A DNA stretch of 64,000 nt, from assembly GCA_030141605.1 (NCBI GenBank), contig JAQGDQ010000247.1, positions 186,001-250,000 on the forward strand. Direction: 5' to 3'. A model generated the notes under the pieces. That model saw only the letters and a program-made list of their open reading frames with translations. It did not search any database and had not been told where the DNA came from. The DNA is from Tubiluchus corallicola. Its lineage: Eukaryota; Animalia; Priapulida. Below are positions 62,073 to 64,000 of the stretch, one piece after another. Position 1 is the first letter of the stretch, and the number at the start of each line of letters is the position of its first letter. The position numbers were made by a program, and so were the translations under genes.

Positions 62073-64000
62073 ATGGCAGTACCTTACGTTAAAAGGCAAG
62101 AGCATTATGGATTTGGATCACATGGAGTAAGCGTTATAAAGAATCATTTTATAACTTTGCAAGATGGTGTCAGGATTGCAATGAAATTTTTTTTCCCAAG
62201 AGAAAACTTGACTGGCACTGATTTTGAAGATACCAACATATATCTGGCACTGAACGAGGAAAAACCATGCAATTTTGAAGATAGGTATCCAGTTATCTTG
62301 GAGTACTTGCCATACAGAAAGTCTGATAGTACAGCTGACAGGGACCACAGGAGACACACTTGGTTTGCTTCTCATGGTTATGTTAGTGTTCGTGTTGACA
62401 TGCGCGGATCTGGTGATTCTTATGGTTTTTACCATGGGGAGTATTTGCAACAGGAACAGACAGACTGTTTACAAATAATCACTTGGCTTGCTAAGCAGTC
62501 CTGGTCAAATGGGAATGTGGGTATGTATGGTAAAAGCTGGGGTGGTTTCAACGGACTCCAGCTGGCTTATCTTCAGCCGCCAGAACTAAAGGCTGTCATT
62601 TCATTGTACTCCACAGACAACCGCTTCATGACAGATTGTCACTACCAAGATGGTTGTGTCATTGGCCATGAAATGTTGGAGTGGGCAGCACAAATGTTTT
62701 TGTGGAATGCTCTGCCTCCTCACCCGGAATTCATTTCTTATGAAACTTTCTATAGAACTTGGATGGTTCGTCTTGGAGAAACATGTAAAAGTAAATGCTG
62801 GGCAAGAGACTGGTTACAGCATCAGAGTTATGATGATTTCTGGAAACATGGCTCAATCTGTGAAAATTATTCCAAGGTCACATGTCCGGTATTAGCTATT
62901 GGTGGCTGGGTAGATGCTTACACTGATGCAGTTTTCCGAATGGTTGAAAATCTTTCAGTAGTTAGAGGACTTATTGGCCCATGGCCACATGAATGGCCAG
63001 ATATCTGTAACCCTGAACCAAATATTGATTTTCTTGGTTTGTGCTTGCAGTGGTGGGATTACCATCTTAAAGGTCTTGAAAATGGTGTTATGAGCATGCC
63101 AAAATTTCGTGTTTATCTCCTTGATGGTGTGCCACCATCGCCATCTGTTTCTTACTGGCCAGGAATTTGGATTGATCTTCAGCATTGGCCATGTGATACG
63201 TCTTCTTGCAAGTTTTACTTAAATTTAGATTCTATGAAACTGGAGACGACTCCTTCACTAAAGGCTATTGAGAGTATACCAGTCAGTGGCAATTTATCTT
63301 GTGGATTGTGGTATGGTGAGTGGATTTCACACGGAACTGCGTCAGATCTAGCCAGTGATCAGCAGCTGTCAGATTCATTATTTACTAGTTTTGAGTCACA
63401 GTGTTTGCAAAGCGATATTCTACTGCTTGGTTTTCCAAAGCTGACAGTGACGTTTTCGGTGAAGAATTCGCCTACTGCCATGCTTGCTGTAAAACTCTGT
63501 GATGTCTTTCCAAATGGGCAATCTTTCAGAGTTTCATTTCAGACTACAAATCTAAACCAAGCAGTGACTGACGTGAATTCAGAAATATCGCCACTACTAT
63601 GCAAGAAGTTGTATAATATTGATGTTACGCTGCAGTCGGTTGGCTACATTTTTAGAAAGGGTCATAGAATTAGACTTTGTTTAAGTTCTTGCATGTGGCC
63701 CAGTGCTTGGCCGTCACCTTTACGGACAAAAATATTGCTTCATGGAATGGTAAATGCACCCCTCTTAAGTTTACCTTCTGCGCCTGCAGATGTACCTATC
63801 GCAAGTCATTCGGATACCAAGGCTATTTTGGGAACCCCAACACTTGGCCCTCCTTTGGAATCTATTTGTTTAGAAGCGCCATCATTTGATCGTTACATTC
63901 ACTACAGTTTGTCCAACAGTCTTCGGCGCATCACAGTTAATTCCAGCCAAGGGAAATTCCACTTTCCTGAACATGGTACGACTATGCATGAAAGCAGCAG
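62073..64000 (+). CDS. CocE/NonD family hydrolase, mirror copy, runs off the window end
   Basis: ATG GCA GTA CCT at 62073 and an open frame to the window end. It is absent from the ORF track because its stop lies outside the window. Confidence 0.88.
   Translation, partial: MAVPYVKRQEHYGFGSHGVSVIKNHFITLQDGVRIAMKFFFPRENLTGTDFEDTNIYLALNEEKPCNFEDRYPVILEYLPYRKSDSTADRDHRRHTWFASHGYVSVRVDMRGSGDSYGFYHGEYLQQEQTDCLQIITWLAKQSWSNGNVGMYGKSWGGFNGLQLAYLQPPELKAVISLYSTDNRFMTDCHYQDGCVIGHEMLEWAAQMFLWNALPPHPEFISYETFYRTWMVRLGETCKSKCWARDWLQHQSYDDFWKHGSICENYSKVTCPVLAIGGWVDAYTDAVFRMVENLSVVRGLIGPWPHEWPDICNPEPNIDFLGLCLQWWDYHLKGLENGVMSMPKFRVYLLDGVPPSPSVSYWPGIWIDLQHWPCDTSSCKFYLNLDSMKLETTPSLKAIESIPVSGNLSCGLWYGEWISHGTASDLASDQQLSDSLFTSFESQCLQSDILLLGFPKLTVTFSVKNSPTAMLAVKLCDVFPNGQSFRVSFQTTNLNQAVTDVNSEISPLLCKKLYNIDVTLQSVGYIFRKGHRIRLCLSSCMWPSAWPSPLRTKILLHGMVNAPLLSLPSAPADVPIASHSDTKAILGTPTLGPPLESICLEAPSFDRYIHYSLSNSLRRITVNSSQGKFHFPEHGTTMHESS

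Larger units (their letters stand above)
35661..64000. repeat. Right arm of giant inverted repeat
   Basis: Reverse complement of 6349-34688, in constant register (coordinate sum 70349). Confidence 0.99.

Noticed and set aside
150-63889. Numerous 60-120 aa ORFs
   Set aside because: They are antisense or alternative frames of real genes, low-complexity intronic frames, or single exons already assigned to MMAB and MORC2.
6349-64000. Arms as two allelic haplotigs
   Set aside because: No indel over 28 kb and only one mismatch seen, and both arms end at the same base. That is too similar for typical outbred alleles, though not strictly excluded for an inbred sample.

Overview
AT-rich, intron-containing animal genomic DNA, probably from an invertebrate; the taxon cannot be assigned from the sequence alone. 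The dominant structure is an inverted duplication of at least 28.3 kb: 6349-34688 is mirrored by 35661-64000 around a 972-N gap (34689-35660), with position x pairing with 70349-x. I saw no indel and one mismatch in spot checks. The left part carries four genes: the 5' part of a spliced MMAB (cob(I)alamin adenosyltransferase, minus strand), an intronless bacterial-type CocE/NonD (peptidase S15) hydrolase (minus), an intronless CEBPZ/Mak21/Noc1 (minus), and a divergent MORC2-like GHKL ATPase/CW-finger gene (plus, 17 exons, two GC-AG introns) that runs unfinished into the gap. MORC2, CEBPZ and CocE reappear in the mirror arm. The most economical reading of the palindrome is an assembly false duplication, although a real palindrome is not excluded. 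Also present are a hAT MITE with an intact 8-bp TSD, a CR1-type LINE remnant, a 75-bp minisatellite and several small hairpins.
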